From Eledone cirrhosa (taxonomy: Eukaryota), in NCBI GenBank assembly GCA_964016885.1, contig OZ024754.1, positions 19,592,001 to 19,656,000 on the forward strand: a DNA stretch of 64,000 nt, written 5' to 3'. The notes below the pieces were generated by a model. It saw only the letters and a program-made list of their open reading frames with translations, did no database searches and had not been told where the DNA came from. Position 1 is the first letter of the stretch. Each line of letters begins with the position of its first letter. A program made the translations under genes and the position numbers. Positions 28,601 to 42,300 of this stretch are shown one piece after another.

Positions 28601-31600
28601 CTGTGGCTAAAATGACTCTTCCATGATATAGTTACTTTAGTTTGAACACAGTCTTAGATCAAGTCACTTGCCAGACATGTACAACTGTGGCTAAAATAAC
28701 TCTTCCATGATATAGTTACTTTAGTTTCAACACAGTCTCAGATCAAGTCACTTGCCAGACATGTACAACTGTTGCTAAAATGACTCTTCCATGATATAGT
28801 TACTTTAGATTCAACATAGTCTCAGATCAAGTCACTTGTCAGACATGTACAACTGTGGCTAAAATGACTTTTCCATGATATAGTTACTTTAGCTTGAACA
28901 CAGTCTTAGATCAAGTCACTTGCCAGACATGTACAACTGTGGCTAAAATAACTCTTCCATGATATAGTTACTTTAGTTTCAACACAGTCCCAGATCAAGT
29001 CACTTGCCAGACATGTACAACTGTGGCTAACATGACTCTTCCATGATATAGTTACTTTAGTTTCAACACAGTTTCAGATCAAGTGACTTTCCAGACATGT
29101 ACAACTGTGGCTAAAATGACTCTTCCATGATATAGTTACTTTAGTTTCAACACAACCTCAGATCAAGTCACTTGTCAGACATCTACAACTGGGGCTAAAA
29201 TGACTCTACCATGATATAGTTACTTTAGTTTCAACACAGTCTCAAATCAAGTCACTTGCCAGACATGTACAACTGTGGCTAACATGACTCTTCCATGATA
29301 TAGTTACTTTAGTTTGAACACAGTCTTAGATCAAGTCACTTACCAGACATGTACAACTGAGGCTAAAATGACTCTTCAATGATATAGTTACTTTAGTTTC
29401 AACACAATCTCAGATCAAGTCACTTACCATACATGTACAACTGTGGCTAGAATGACTCTTCCATGATATAGTTACTTTAGTTTCAAAACAATCTCAGATA
29501 AAGTCACTTGCCAGACATGTACAACTGTGGCTAAAATGACTCTTCCATGATATAGTTACTTTAGTTTCAAAACAATCTCAGATCAAGTCACTTGCCCGAC
29601 ATGTACAACTGTGACTAAATTGATTCTTCCATGATATAGTTACTTTAGTTTCAACACAATCTCAGATCAAGTCACTTGCCAGACATGTGCAACTGTGGCT
29701 AGAATAACTCTTCAATGATATAGTTACTTTAGTTTCAACACTATCTCAGATCAAGTCACTTGCCAGACATCTACAACTGGGGCTAAAATGACTCTTCCAT
29801 GATACAGTTACTTTAGTTTGAACACAGTCTTAGATCAAGTCACTGACCAGACATGTACAACTGTGGCTAAAATGACTCTTCCATGATATAGTTACTTTAG
29901 TTTGATTACAGCCTTAGATCAAGTCACTTACCAGACATGTACAACTGTGGCTAAAATGACTCTTCCATGATATAGTTACTTTAGTTTGAACACAGTCTTA
30001 GATCAAGTCACTTGCCAGACATGTACAACTGTGGCTAAAATGACACTTCCATGATATAGTTACTTTAGTTTCAACACAGTCACAAATCAAGTAACTTACC
30101 ATGGATGTACAACTGTGGCTAAAATGACTCTTCCATGATATAGTTACTTTAGTTTCAACGCAGTCTCAGATCAAGTCACTTACCAGACATGTACAACTGT
30201 GGCTAAAATGACTCTTCCATGATATAGTTACTTTAGTTTGAACACAGTCTTAGATCAAGTCACTTGCCAGACATGTACAACTGTGGCTAAAATAACTCTT
30301 CCATGATATAGTTACTTTAGTTTCAACACAGTCTCAGATCAAGTCACTTGCCAGACATGTACAACTGTTGCTAAAATGACTCTTCCATGATATAGTTACT
30401 TTAGATTCAACATAGTCTCAGATCAAGTCACTTGTCAGACATGTACAACTGTGGCTAAAATGACTTTTCCATGATATAGTTACTTTAGCTTGAACACAGT
30501 CTTAGATCAAGTCACTTGCCAGACATGTACAACTGTGGCTAAAATAACTCTTCCATGATATAGTTACTTTAGTTTCAACACAGTCTCAGATCAAGTCACT
30601 TGCCAGACATGTACAACTGTGACTAAAATGATTCTTCCATGATATAGTTACTTTAGTTTCAATGCAGTCACTGATCATGTGTCTTGCCAGACATGTACAA
30701 CAGTAGCTTAAATGACTCTTCCATGATATAGTTACTTTAGTTTCAACACAACCTCAGATCAAGTCACTTGCCAGACATCTACAACTCTGGCTAGAATGAC
30801 TCATCAATGATATAGTTACTTTAGTTTAAACACAATCTCAGATCAAGTCACTTGCCAGACATCTACAACTGGGGCTAAAATGACTCTTCCATGATATAGT
30901 TACTTTAGTTTCAACACAATCTCAGATCAAATCACTTACCAGACATGTACAACTGTGGCTAGAATGACTCTTCAATGATATAGTTACTTTAGTTTCAACA
31001 CAATCTCAGATCAAGTCACTTGCCAGACATGTACAACTGTGGCTGAAATGACTCTTCCATGATATAGTTACTTTAGTTTGAACACAGTCTTAGATCAAGT
31101 CACTTGCCAGACATGTACAACTGGGGCTAAAATAACTCTTCCATGATATAGTTACTTTAGTTTCAACACAGTCTCAGATAAACTCACTTGCCAGACATGT
31201 ACAACTGTGGCTAAAATGACTGTTCCATGATATAGTTACTTTAGTTTCAACACAGTCTCAGATCGAGTCACTTGCCAGACATGTACAACTGTGACTAAAT
31301 TGATTCTTCCATGATATAGTTACTTTAGTTTCAACACAGTCTCAGATCAAGTCACTTGCCAGACATCTACAACTGTGGCTAAAATGACTCTTCCATGATA
31401 TAGTTACTTTAGTTTAAACACAATCTCAGATCAAGTGACTTACCATGGATGTACAACTGTGGCTAAAATGACTCTTCCATGATATAGTTACTTTAGTTTC
31501 AACACAGTCACAAATCAAGTCACTTACCATGGATGTACAACTGTGGCTAAAATGACTCTTCCATGATATAGTTACTTTAGTTTGAACACAGTCTTAGATC

Positions 31601-34600
31601 AAGTCACGTGCCAGACATGTACAACTGTGGCTAAAATAACTCTTCCATGATATAGTTACTTTAGTTTCAACACAGTCTCAGATCAAGTCACTTGCCAGAC
31701 ATGTACAACTGTGGCTAAAATGACTGTTCCATGATATAGTTACTTTAGTTTCAACACAGTCTCAGATAAAGTCACTTGCCATGCATCTACAACTGTGGCT
31801 AAAATGACTCTTCCATGATATAGTTACTTTAGTTTCGACACAGTCTCAGATAAAGTCCCTTGCCAGGCATCTACAACTGTGGCTAAAATGACTCTTCCAT
31901 GATAGAGTTACTTTAGTTTCAACACATTCACAGATCAAGTCACTTGCCAGATATGTACAACTGTGGCTAAAATGACTATCCATGATATAGTTACTTTAGT
32001 TTCAACACAGTAACAGATCAAGACACTTACCAGACATGTAAAACTGTAGCTAACCTGACTCTTCCATGATATAGTTACTTTGGTTTCAACACAGTCTCAG
32101 ATCAAGTCACTTGCCAGACATGTACAACAGTAGCTAAAATGACTCTTCCATGATATAGTTACTTTAGTTTCAACACAACTTCAGATCAAGTCACTTACCA
32201 GACATCTACAACTGTGGCTAAAATGACTTTTCCATGATATAATTACTTTAGTTTCAACACAGTCTCAGATCAAGTCACTGACCAGACATGTACAACTGTG
32301 GATAAAATGACTCTTCCATGATATAGTTACTTTAGTTTCAACACAGTCACAAATCAAGTCACTTACCATGGATGTACAACTGTGGCTAAAATGACTCTTC
32401 CATGATATAATTACTTTAGTTTCAACACAGTCTCAGATCAAGTCACTTACCAGACATGTACAACTGTGGCTAAAATGACTCTTCCATGATATAGTTACTT
32501 TAGTTTGAACACAGTCTTAGATCAAGTCACGTGCCAGACATGTACAACTGTGGCTAAAATAAATCTTCCATGATATAGTTACTTTAGTTTCAACACAGTC
32601 TCAGATCAAGTCACTTGCCAGACATGTACAACAGTGGCTAAAATGACTGTTCCATGATATAGTTACTTTAGTTTCAACACAGTCTCAGATAAAGTCACTT
32701 GCCATGCATCTACAACTGTGGCTAAAATGACTCTTCCATGATATAGTTACTTTAGTTTCGACACAGTCTCAGATAAAGTCCCTTGCCAGGCATCTACAAC
32801 TGTGGCTAAAATGACTCTTCCATGATAGAGTTACTTTAGTTTCAACACATTCACAGATCAAGTCACTTGCCAGATATGTACAACTGTGGCTAAAATGACT
32901 ATCCATGATATAGTTACTTTAGTTTGAACACAATCTTAGATCAAGTCACTTGCCAGACATGTACAACTGTGGCTAAAATGAATCTTCCATAATATAGTTA
33001 CTTTAGTTTCAACGCAGTCTCAGATCAAGTCACTTACCAGACATGTACAACTGTGGCTAAAATGACTCTTCCATGATATAGTTACTTTAGTTTGAACACA
33101 GTCTTAGATCAAGTCACTTGCCAGACATGTACAACTGTGGCTAAAATAACTCTTCCATGATATAGTTACTTTAGTTTCAACACAGTCTCAGATCAAGTCA
33201 CTTGCCAGACATGTACAACTGTTGCTAAAATGACTCTTCCATGATATAGTTACTTTAGATTCAACATAGTCTCAGATCAAGTCACTTGTCAGACATGTAC
33301 AACTGTGGCTAAAATGACTTTTCCATGATATAGTTACTTTAGCTTGAACACAGTCTTAGATCAAGTCACTTGCCAGACATGTACAACTGTGGCTAAAATA
33401 ACTCTTCCATGATATAGTTACTTTAGTTTCAACACAGTCCCAGATCAAGTCACTTGCCAGACATGTACAACTGTGGCTAACATGACTCTTCCATGATATA
33501 GTTACTTTAGTTTCAACACAGTTTCAGATCAAGTGACTTTCCAGACATGTACAACTGTGGCTAAAATGACTCTTCCATGATATAGTTACTTTAGTTTCAA
33601 CACAACCTCAGATCAAGTCACTTGTCAGACATCTACAACTGGGGCTAAAATGACTCTACCATGATATAGTTACTTTAGTTTCAACACAGTCTCAAATCAA
33701 GTCACTTGCCAGACATGTACAACTGTGGCTAACATGACTCTTCCATGATATAGTTACTTTAGTTTGAACACAGTCTTAGATCAAGTCACTTACCAGACAT
33801 GTACAACTGAGGCTAAAATGACTCTTCAATGATATAGTTACTTTAGTTTCAACACAATCTCAGATCAAGTCACTTACCATACATGTACAACTGTGGCTAG
33901 AATGACTCTTCCATGATATAGTTACTTTAGTTTCAAAACAATCTCAGATAAAGTCACTTGCCAGACATGTACAACTGTGGCTAAAATGACTCTTCCATGA
34001 TATAGTTACTTTAGTTTCAAAACAATCTCAGATCAAGTCACTTGCCCGACATGTACAACTGTGACTAAATTGATTCTTCCATGATATAGTTACTTTAGTT
34101 TCAACACAATCTCAGATCAAGTCACTTGCCAGACATGTGCAACTGTGGCTAGAATAACTCTTCAATGATATAGTTACTTTAGTTTCAACACTATCTCAGA
34201 TCAAGTCACTTGCCAGACATCTACAACTGGGGCTAAAATGACTCTTCCATGATACAGTTACTTTAGTTTGAACACAGTCTTAGATCAAGTCACTGACCAG
34301 ACATGTACAACTGTGGCTAAAATGACTCTTCCATGATATAGTTACTTTAGTTTGATTACAGCCTTAGATCAAGTCACTTACCAGACATGTACAACTGTGG
34401 CTAAAATGACTCTTCCATGATATAGTTACTTTAGTTTGAACACAGTCTTAGATCAAGTCACTTGCCAGACATGTACAACTGTGGCTAAAATGACACTTCC
34501 ATGATATAGTTACTTTAGTTTCAACACAGTCACAAATCAAGTAACTTACCATGGATGTACAACTGTGGCTAAAATGACTCTTCCATGATATAGTTACTTT
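25690..34600. repeat. Near-identical tandem duplication of 4450 bp (53 monomers): ~25690-30139 / ~30140-34600
   Basis: Constant 4450 offset for TTAGATTCAACATAG (25951/30401 and 28805/33255), CAATGCAG (26210/30660) and TTTGATTACAGCC (29901/34351). Confidence 0.9.
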
Positions 34601-36115
34601 AGTTTCAACACAGTCACAAATCAAGTCACTTACCATGGATGTACAACTGTGGCTAAAATGACTCTTCCATGATATAGTTACTTTAGTTTCAACACAGTCT
34701 CAGATCAAGTCACTTACCAGACATGTACAACTGTGGCTTAAATGACTCTTCCATGATATAGTTACTTTAGTTTCAACACAGTCTCAGATCAAGTCACTTG
34801 CCAGACATGTACAACTGTGGCTAACATGACTCTTCCATGATATAGTTACTTTAGTTTCAACACAGTTTCAGATCAAGTGACTTTCCAGACATGTACAACT
34901 GTGGCTAAAATGACTCTTCCATGATATAGTTACTTTAGTTTCAACACAACCTCAGATCAAGTCACTTGTCAGACATCTACAACTGGGGCTAAAATGACTC
35001 TACCATGATATAGTTACTTTAGTTTCAACACAGTCTCAAATCAAGTCACTTGCCAGACATGTACAACTGTGGCTAACATGACTCTTCCATGATATAGTTA
35101 CTTTAGTTTGAACACAGTCTTAGATCAAGTCACTTACCAGACATGTACAACTGAGGCTAAAATGACTCTTCAATGATATAGTTACTTTAGTTTCAACACA
35201 ATCTCAGATCAAGTCACTTACCATACATGTACAACTGTGGCTAGAATGACTCTTCCATGATATAGTTACTTTAGTTTCAAAACAATCTCAGATAAAGTCA
35301 CTTGCCAGACATGTACAACTGTGGCTAAAATGACTCTTCCATGATATAGTTACTTTAGTTTCAAAACAATCTCAGATCAAGTCACTTGCCCGACATGTAC
35401 AACTGTGACTAAATTGATTCTTCCATGATATAGTTACTTTAGTTTCAACACAATCTCAGATCAAGTCACTTGCCAGACATGTGCAACTGTGGCTAGAATA
35501 ACTCTTCAATGATATAGTTACTTTAGTTTCAACACTATCTCAGATCAAGTCACTTGCCAGACATCTACAACTGGGGCTAAAATGACTCTTCCATGATACA
35601 GTTACTTTAGTTTGAACACAGTCTTAGATCAAGTCACTGACCAGACATGTACAACTGTGGCTAAAATGACTCTTCCATGATATAGTTACTTTAGTTTGAT
35701 TACAGCCTTAGATCAAGTCACTTACCAGACATGTACAACTGTGGCTAAAATGACTCTTCCATGATATAGTTACTTTAGTTTGAACACAGTCTTAGATCAA
35801 GTCACTTGCCAGACATGTACAACTGTGGCTAAAATGACACTTCCATGATATAGTTACTTTAGTTTCAACACAGTCACAAATCAAGTAACTTACCATGGAT
35901 GTACAACTGTGGCTAAAATGACTCTTCCATGATATAGTTACTTTAGTTTCAACACAGTCACAAATCAAGTCACTTACCATGGATGTACAACTGTGGCTAA
36001 AATGACTCTTCCATGATATAGTTACTTTAGTTTCAACACAGTCTCAGATCAAGTCACTTACCAGACATGTACAACTGTGGCTTAAATGACTCTTCCATGA
36101 TATAGTTACTTTAGT
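33441..36115. repeat. Tandem duplication of 1344 bp (16 monomers)
   Basis: TTTGATTACAGCC at 34351/35695; CTGTGGCTTAAA at 34731/36075; identical ORF-track peptides at 34448 and 35792. Confidence 0.9.
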
Positions 36116-37064
36116 TTGAACACAGTCTTAGATCAAGTCACTTGCCAGACATGTACAACTGTGGCTAAAATAACTCTTCCATGATATAGTTACTTTAGTT
36201 TCAACACAGTCTCAGATCAAGTTACTTGCCAGACATGTACAACTGTGGCTAAAATGACTGTTCCGTGATATAGTTACTTTAGTTTCAACACAGTCTCAGA
36301 TAAAGTCCCTTGCCAGGCATCTACAACTGTGGCTAAAATGACTCTTCCATGATAGAGTTACTTTAGTTTCGACACAGTGTCAGATAAAGTCCCCTGCCAG
36401 GCATCTACAACTGTGGCTAAAATGACTCTTCCATGATATAGTTACTTTAGTTTCAACACATTCACAGATCAAGTCACTTGCCAGATATGTACAACTGTGG
36501 CTAAAATGACTATCCATGATATAGTTACTTTAGTTTCAACACAGTAACAGATCAAGACACTTACCAGACATGTAAAACTGTAGCTAACATGACTCTTCCA
36601 TGATATAGTTACTTTAGTTTCAACACAGTCTCAGATCAAGTGACTTTCCAGACATGTACAACTGTGGCTAAAATGACTCTTCCATGATATAGTTACTTTA
36701 GTTTGAACACAGTCTTAGATCAAGTCACTTGCCAGACATGTACAACTGTGGCTAAAATGAATCTTCCATAATATAGTTACTTTAGTTTCAACACAGTCTC
36801 AGATCAAGTCACTTACCAGACATGTACAACTGTGGCTAAAATGACTCTTCCATGATATAGTTACTTTAGTTTGAACACAGTCTTAGATCAAGTCACTTGC
36901 CAGACATGTACAACTGTGGCTAAAATAACTCTTCCATGATATAGTTACTTTGGTTTCAACACAGTCTCAGATCAAGTCACTTGCCAGACATGTACAACTG
37001 TTGCTATAATGACTCTTCCATGATATAGTTACTTTAGTTTCAACATAGTCTCAGATCAAGTCAC

Positions 37065-38072
37065 TTGTCAGACATGTACAACTGTGGCTAAAATGACTTT
37101 TCCATGATATAGTTACTTTAGTTTCAACACAGTCTCAGATCAAGTCACTGACCAGACATGTACAACTGTGGCTAAAATGACTCTTCCATGATATAGTTAC
37201 TTTAGTTTCAACACAGTCACAAATCAAGTCACTTACCATGGATGTACAACTGTGGCTAAAATGACTCTTCCATGATATAATTACTTTAGTTTCAACACAG
37301 TCTCAGATCAAGTCACTTACCAGACATGTACAACTGTGGCTAAAATGACTCTTCCATGATATAGTTACTTTAGTTTGAACACAGTCTTAGATCAAGTCAC
37401 TTGCCAGACATGTACAACTGTGGCTAAAATAACTCTTCCATGATATAGTTACTTTAGTTTCAACACAGTCTCAGATCAAGTCACTTGCAAGACATGTACA
37501 ACTGTGGCTAAAATGACTGTTCCATGATATAGTTACTTTAGTTTCAACACAGTCTCAGATAAAGTCCCTTGTCAGACATGTACAACTGTGGCTAAAATGA
37601 CTTTTCCATGATATAGTTACTTTAGTTTCAACACAGTCTCAGATCAAGTCACTGACCAGACATGTACAACTGTGGCTAAAATGACTCTTCCATGATATAG
37701 TTACTTTAGTTTCAACACAGTCACAAATCAAGTCACTTACCATGGATGTACAACTGTGGCTAAAATGACTCTTCCATGATATAATTACTTTAGTTTCAAC
37801 ACAGTCTCAGATCAAGTCACTTACCAGACATGTACAACTGTGGCTAAAATGACTCTTCCATGATATAGTTACTTTAGTTTGAACACAGTCTTAGATCAAG
37901 TCACTTGCCAGACATGTACAACTGTGGCTAAAATAACTCTTCCATGATATAGTTACTTTAGTTTCAACACAGTCTCAGATCAAGTCACTTGCAAGACATG
38001 TACAACTGTGGCTAAAATGACTGTTCCATGATATAGTTACTTTAGTTTCAACACAGTCTCAGATAAAGTCCC
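37065..38072. repeat. Tandem duplication of 504 bp (6 monomers)
   Basis: The same ordered variants (GACTTTTCC, CACTGACC, ACCATGGATG, ATAATTAC, TTGCAAGAC) repeat at +504, with a chimeric monomer at the junction near 37570. Confidence 0.85.
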
Positions 38073-39369
38073 TTGCCATGCATCTACAACTGTGGCTAAA
38101 ATGACTCTTCCATGATATAGTTACTTTAGTTTCGACACAGTCTCAGATAAAGTCCCTTGACAGGCATCTACAACTGTGGCTAAAATGACACTTCCATGAC
38201 AGAGTTACTTTAGTTTCAACACATTCACAGATCAAGTCACTTGCCAGATATGTACAACTGTGGCTAAAATGACTATCCATGATATAGTTACTTTAGTTTC
38301 AACACAGTAACAGATCAAGACACTTACCAGACATGTAAAACTGTAGCTAACCTGACTCTTCCATGATATAGTTACTTTAGTTTCAACACAGTCTCAGATC
38401 AAGTGACTTTCCAGACATGTACAACTGTGGCTAAAATGACTCTTCCATGATATAGTTACTTTAGTTTGAACACAGTCTTAGATCAAGTCACTTGCCAGAC
38501 ATGTACAACTGTGGCTAAAATGAATCTTCCATAATATAGTTACTTTAGTTTCAACGCAGTCTCAGATCAAGTCACTTACCAGACATGTACAACTGTGGCT
38601 AAAATGACTCTTCCATGATATAGTTACTTTAGTTTGAACACAGTCTTAGATCAAGTCACTTGCCAGACATGTACAACTGTGGGTAAAATAACTCTTCCAT
38701 GATATAGTTACTTTAGTTTCAACACAGTCTCAGATCAAGTCACTTGCCAGACATGTACAACTGTTGCTAAAATGACTCTTCCATGATATAGTTACTTTAG
38801 ATTCAACATAGTCTCAGATCAAGTCACTTGTCAGACATGTACAACTGTGGCTAAAATGACTTTTCCATGATATAGTTACTTTAGCTTGAACACAGTCTTA
38901 GATCAAGTCACTTGCCAGACATGTACAACTGTGGCTAAAATAACTCTTCCATGATATAGTTACTTTAGTTTCAACACAGTCCCAGATCAAATCACTTGCC
39001 AGACATGTACAACTGTGGCTAAAATGACTGTTCCATGATATAGTTACTTTAGTTTCGACACAGTCTCAGATAAAGTCCCTTGCCAGGCATCTACAACTGT
39101 GGCTAACATGACTCTTCCATGATATAGTTACTTTAGTTTCAACACATTCACAGATCAAGTCACTTGCCAGATATGTACAACTGTGGCTAAAATGACTATC
39201 CATGATATAGTTACTTTAGTTTCAAAATAGTAACAGATCAAGACACTTACCAGACATGTAAAACTGTAGCTAACATGACTCTTCCATGATATAGTTACTT
39301 TAGTTTCAACACAGTTTCAGATCAAGTGACTTTCCAGACATGTACAACTGTGGCTAAAATGACTCTTCC

Positions 39370-42300
39370 ATGATATAGTTACTTTAGTTTCAACACAGTC
39401 ACAAATCAAGTCACTTACCATGGATGTACAACTGTGGCTAAAATGACTCTTCCATGATATAATTACTTTAGTTTCAACACAGTCTCAGATCAAGTCACTT
39501 ACCAGACATGTACAACTGTGGCTAAAATGACTCTTCCATGATATAGTTACTTTAGTTTGAACACAGTCTTAGATCAAGTCACGTGCCAGACATGTACAAC
39601 TGTGGCTAAAATAAATCTTCCATGATATAGTTACTTTAGTTTCAACACAGTCTCAGATCAAGTCACTTGCCAGACATGTACAACAGTGGCTAAAATGACT
39701 GTTCCATGATATAGTTACTTTAGTTTCAACACAGTCTCAGATAAAGTCACTTGCCATGCATCTACAACTGTGGCTAAAATGACTCTTCCATGATATAGTT
39801 ACTTTAGTTTCGACACAGTCTCAGATAAAGTCCCTTGCCAGGCATCTACAACTGTGGCTAAAATGACTCTTCCATGATAGAGTTACTTTAGTTTCAACAC
39901 ATTCACAGATCAAGTCACTTGCCAGATATGTACAACTGTGGCTAAAATGACTATCCATGATATAGTTACTTTAGTTTGAACACAATCTTAGATCAAGTCA
40001 CTTGCCAGACATGTACAACTGTGGCTAAAATGAATCTTCCATAATATAGTTACTTTAGTTTCAACGCAGTCTCAGATCAAGTCACTTACCAGACATGTAC
40101 AACTGTGGCTAAAATGACTCTTCCATGATATAGTTACTTTAGTTTGAACACAGTCTTAGATCAAGTCACTTGCCAGACATGTACAACTGTGGCTAAAATA
40201 ACTCTTCCATGATATAGTTACTTTAGTTTCAACACAGTCTCAGATCAAGTCACTTGCCAGACATGTACAACTGTTGCTAAAATGACTCTTCCATGATATA
40301 GTTACTTTAGATTCAACATAGTCTCAGATCAAGTCACTTGTCAGACATGTACAACTGTGGCTAAAATGACTTTTCCATGATATAGTTACTTTAGCTTGAA
40401 CACAGTCTTAGATCAAGTCACTTGCCAGACATGTACAACTGTGGCTAAAATAACTCTTCCATGATATAGTTACTTTAGTTTCAACACAGTCCCAGATCAA
40501 GTCACTTGCCAGACATGTACAACTGTGGCTAACATGACTCTTCCATGATATAGTTACTTTAGTTTCAACACAGTTTCAGATCAAGTGACTTTCCAGACAT
40601 GTACAACTGTGGCTAAAATGACTCTTCCATGATATAGTTACTTTAGTTTCAACACAACCTCAGATCAAGTCACTTGTCAGACATCTACAACTGGGGCTAA
40701 AATGACTCTACCATGATATAGTTACTTTAGTTTCAACACAGTCTCAAATCAAGTCACTTGCCAGACATGTACAACTGTGGCTAACATGACTCTTCCATGA
40801 TATAGTTACTTTAGTTTGAACACAGTCTTAGATCAAGTCACTTACCAGACATGTACAACTGAGGCTAAAATGACTCTTCAATGATATAGTTACTTTAGTT
40901 TCAACACAATCTCAGATCAAGTCACTTACCATACATGTACAACTGTGGCTAGAATGACTCTTCCATGATATAGTTACTTTAGTTTCAAAACAATCTCAGA
41001 TAAAGTCACTTGCCAGACATGTACAACTGTGGCTAAAATGACTCTTCCATGATATAGTTACTTTAGTTTCAAAACAATCTCAGATCAAGTCACTTGCCCG
41101 ACATGTACAACTGTGACTAAATTGATTCTTCCATGATATAGTTACTTTAGTTTCAACACAATCTCAGATCAAGTCACTTGCCAGACATGTGCAACTGTGG
41201 CTAGAATAACTCTTCAATGATATAGTTACTTTAGTTTCAACACTATCTCAGATCAAGTCACTTGCCAGACATCTACAACTGGGGCTAAAATGACTCTTCC
41301 ATGATACAGTTACTTTAGTTTGAACACAGTCTTAGATCAAGTCACTGACCAGACATGTACAACTGTGGCTAAAATGACTCTTCCATGATATAGTTACTTT
41401 AGTTTGATTACAGCCTTAGATCAAGTCACTTACCAGACATGTACAACTGTGGCTAAAATGACTCTTCCATGATATAGTTACTTTAGTTTGAACACAGTCT
41501 TAGATCAAGTCACTTGCCAGACATGTACAACTGTGGCTAAAATGACACTTCCATGATATAGTTACTTTAGTTTCAACACAGTCACAAATCAAGTAACTTA
41601 CCATGGATGTACAACTGTGGCTAAAATGACTCTTCCATGATATAGTTACTTTAGTTTCAACACAGTCACAAATCAAGTCACTTACCATGGATGTACAACT
41701 GTGGCTAAAATGACTCTTCCATGATATAGTTACTTTAGTTTCAACACAGTCTCAGATCAAGTCACTTACCAGACATGTACAACTGTGGCTTAAATGACTC
41801 TTCCATGATATAGTTACTTTAGTTTGAACACAGTCTTAGATCAAGTCACTTGCCAGACATGTACAACTGTGGCTAAAATAACTCTTCCATGATATAGTTA
41901 CTTTAGTTTCAACACAGTCTCAGATCAAGTTACTTGCCAGACATGTACAACTGTGGCTAAAATGACTGTTCCGTGATATAGTTACTTTAGTTTCAACACA
42001 GTCTCAGATAAAGTCCCTTGCCAGGCATCTACAACTGTGGCTAAAATGACTCTTCCATGATAGAGTTACTTTAGTTTCGACACAGTCTCAGATAAAGTCC
42101 CCTGCCAGGCATCTACAACTGTGGCTAAAATGACTCTTCCATGATATAGTTACTTTAGTTTCAACACATTCACAGATCAAGTCACTTGCCAGATATGTAC
42201 AACTGTGGCTAAAATGACTATCCATGATATAGTTACTTTAGTTTCAACACAGTAACAGATCAAGACACTTACCAGACATGTAAAACTGTAGCTAACATGA

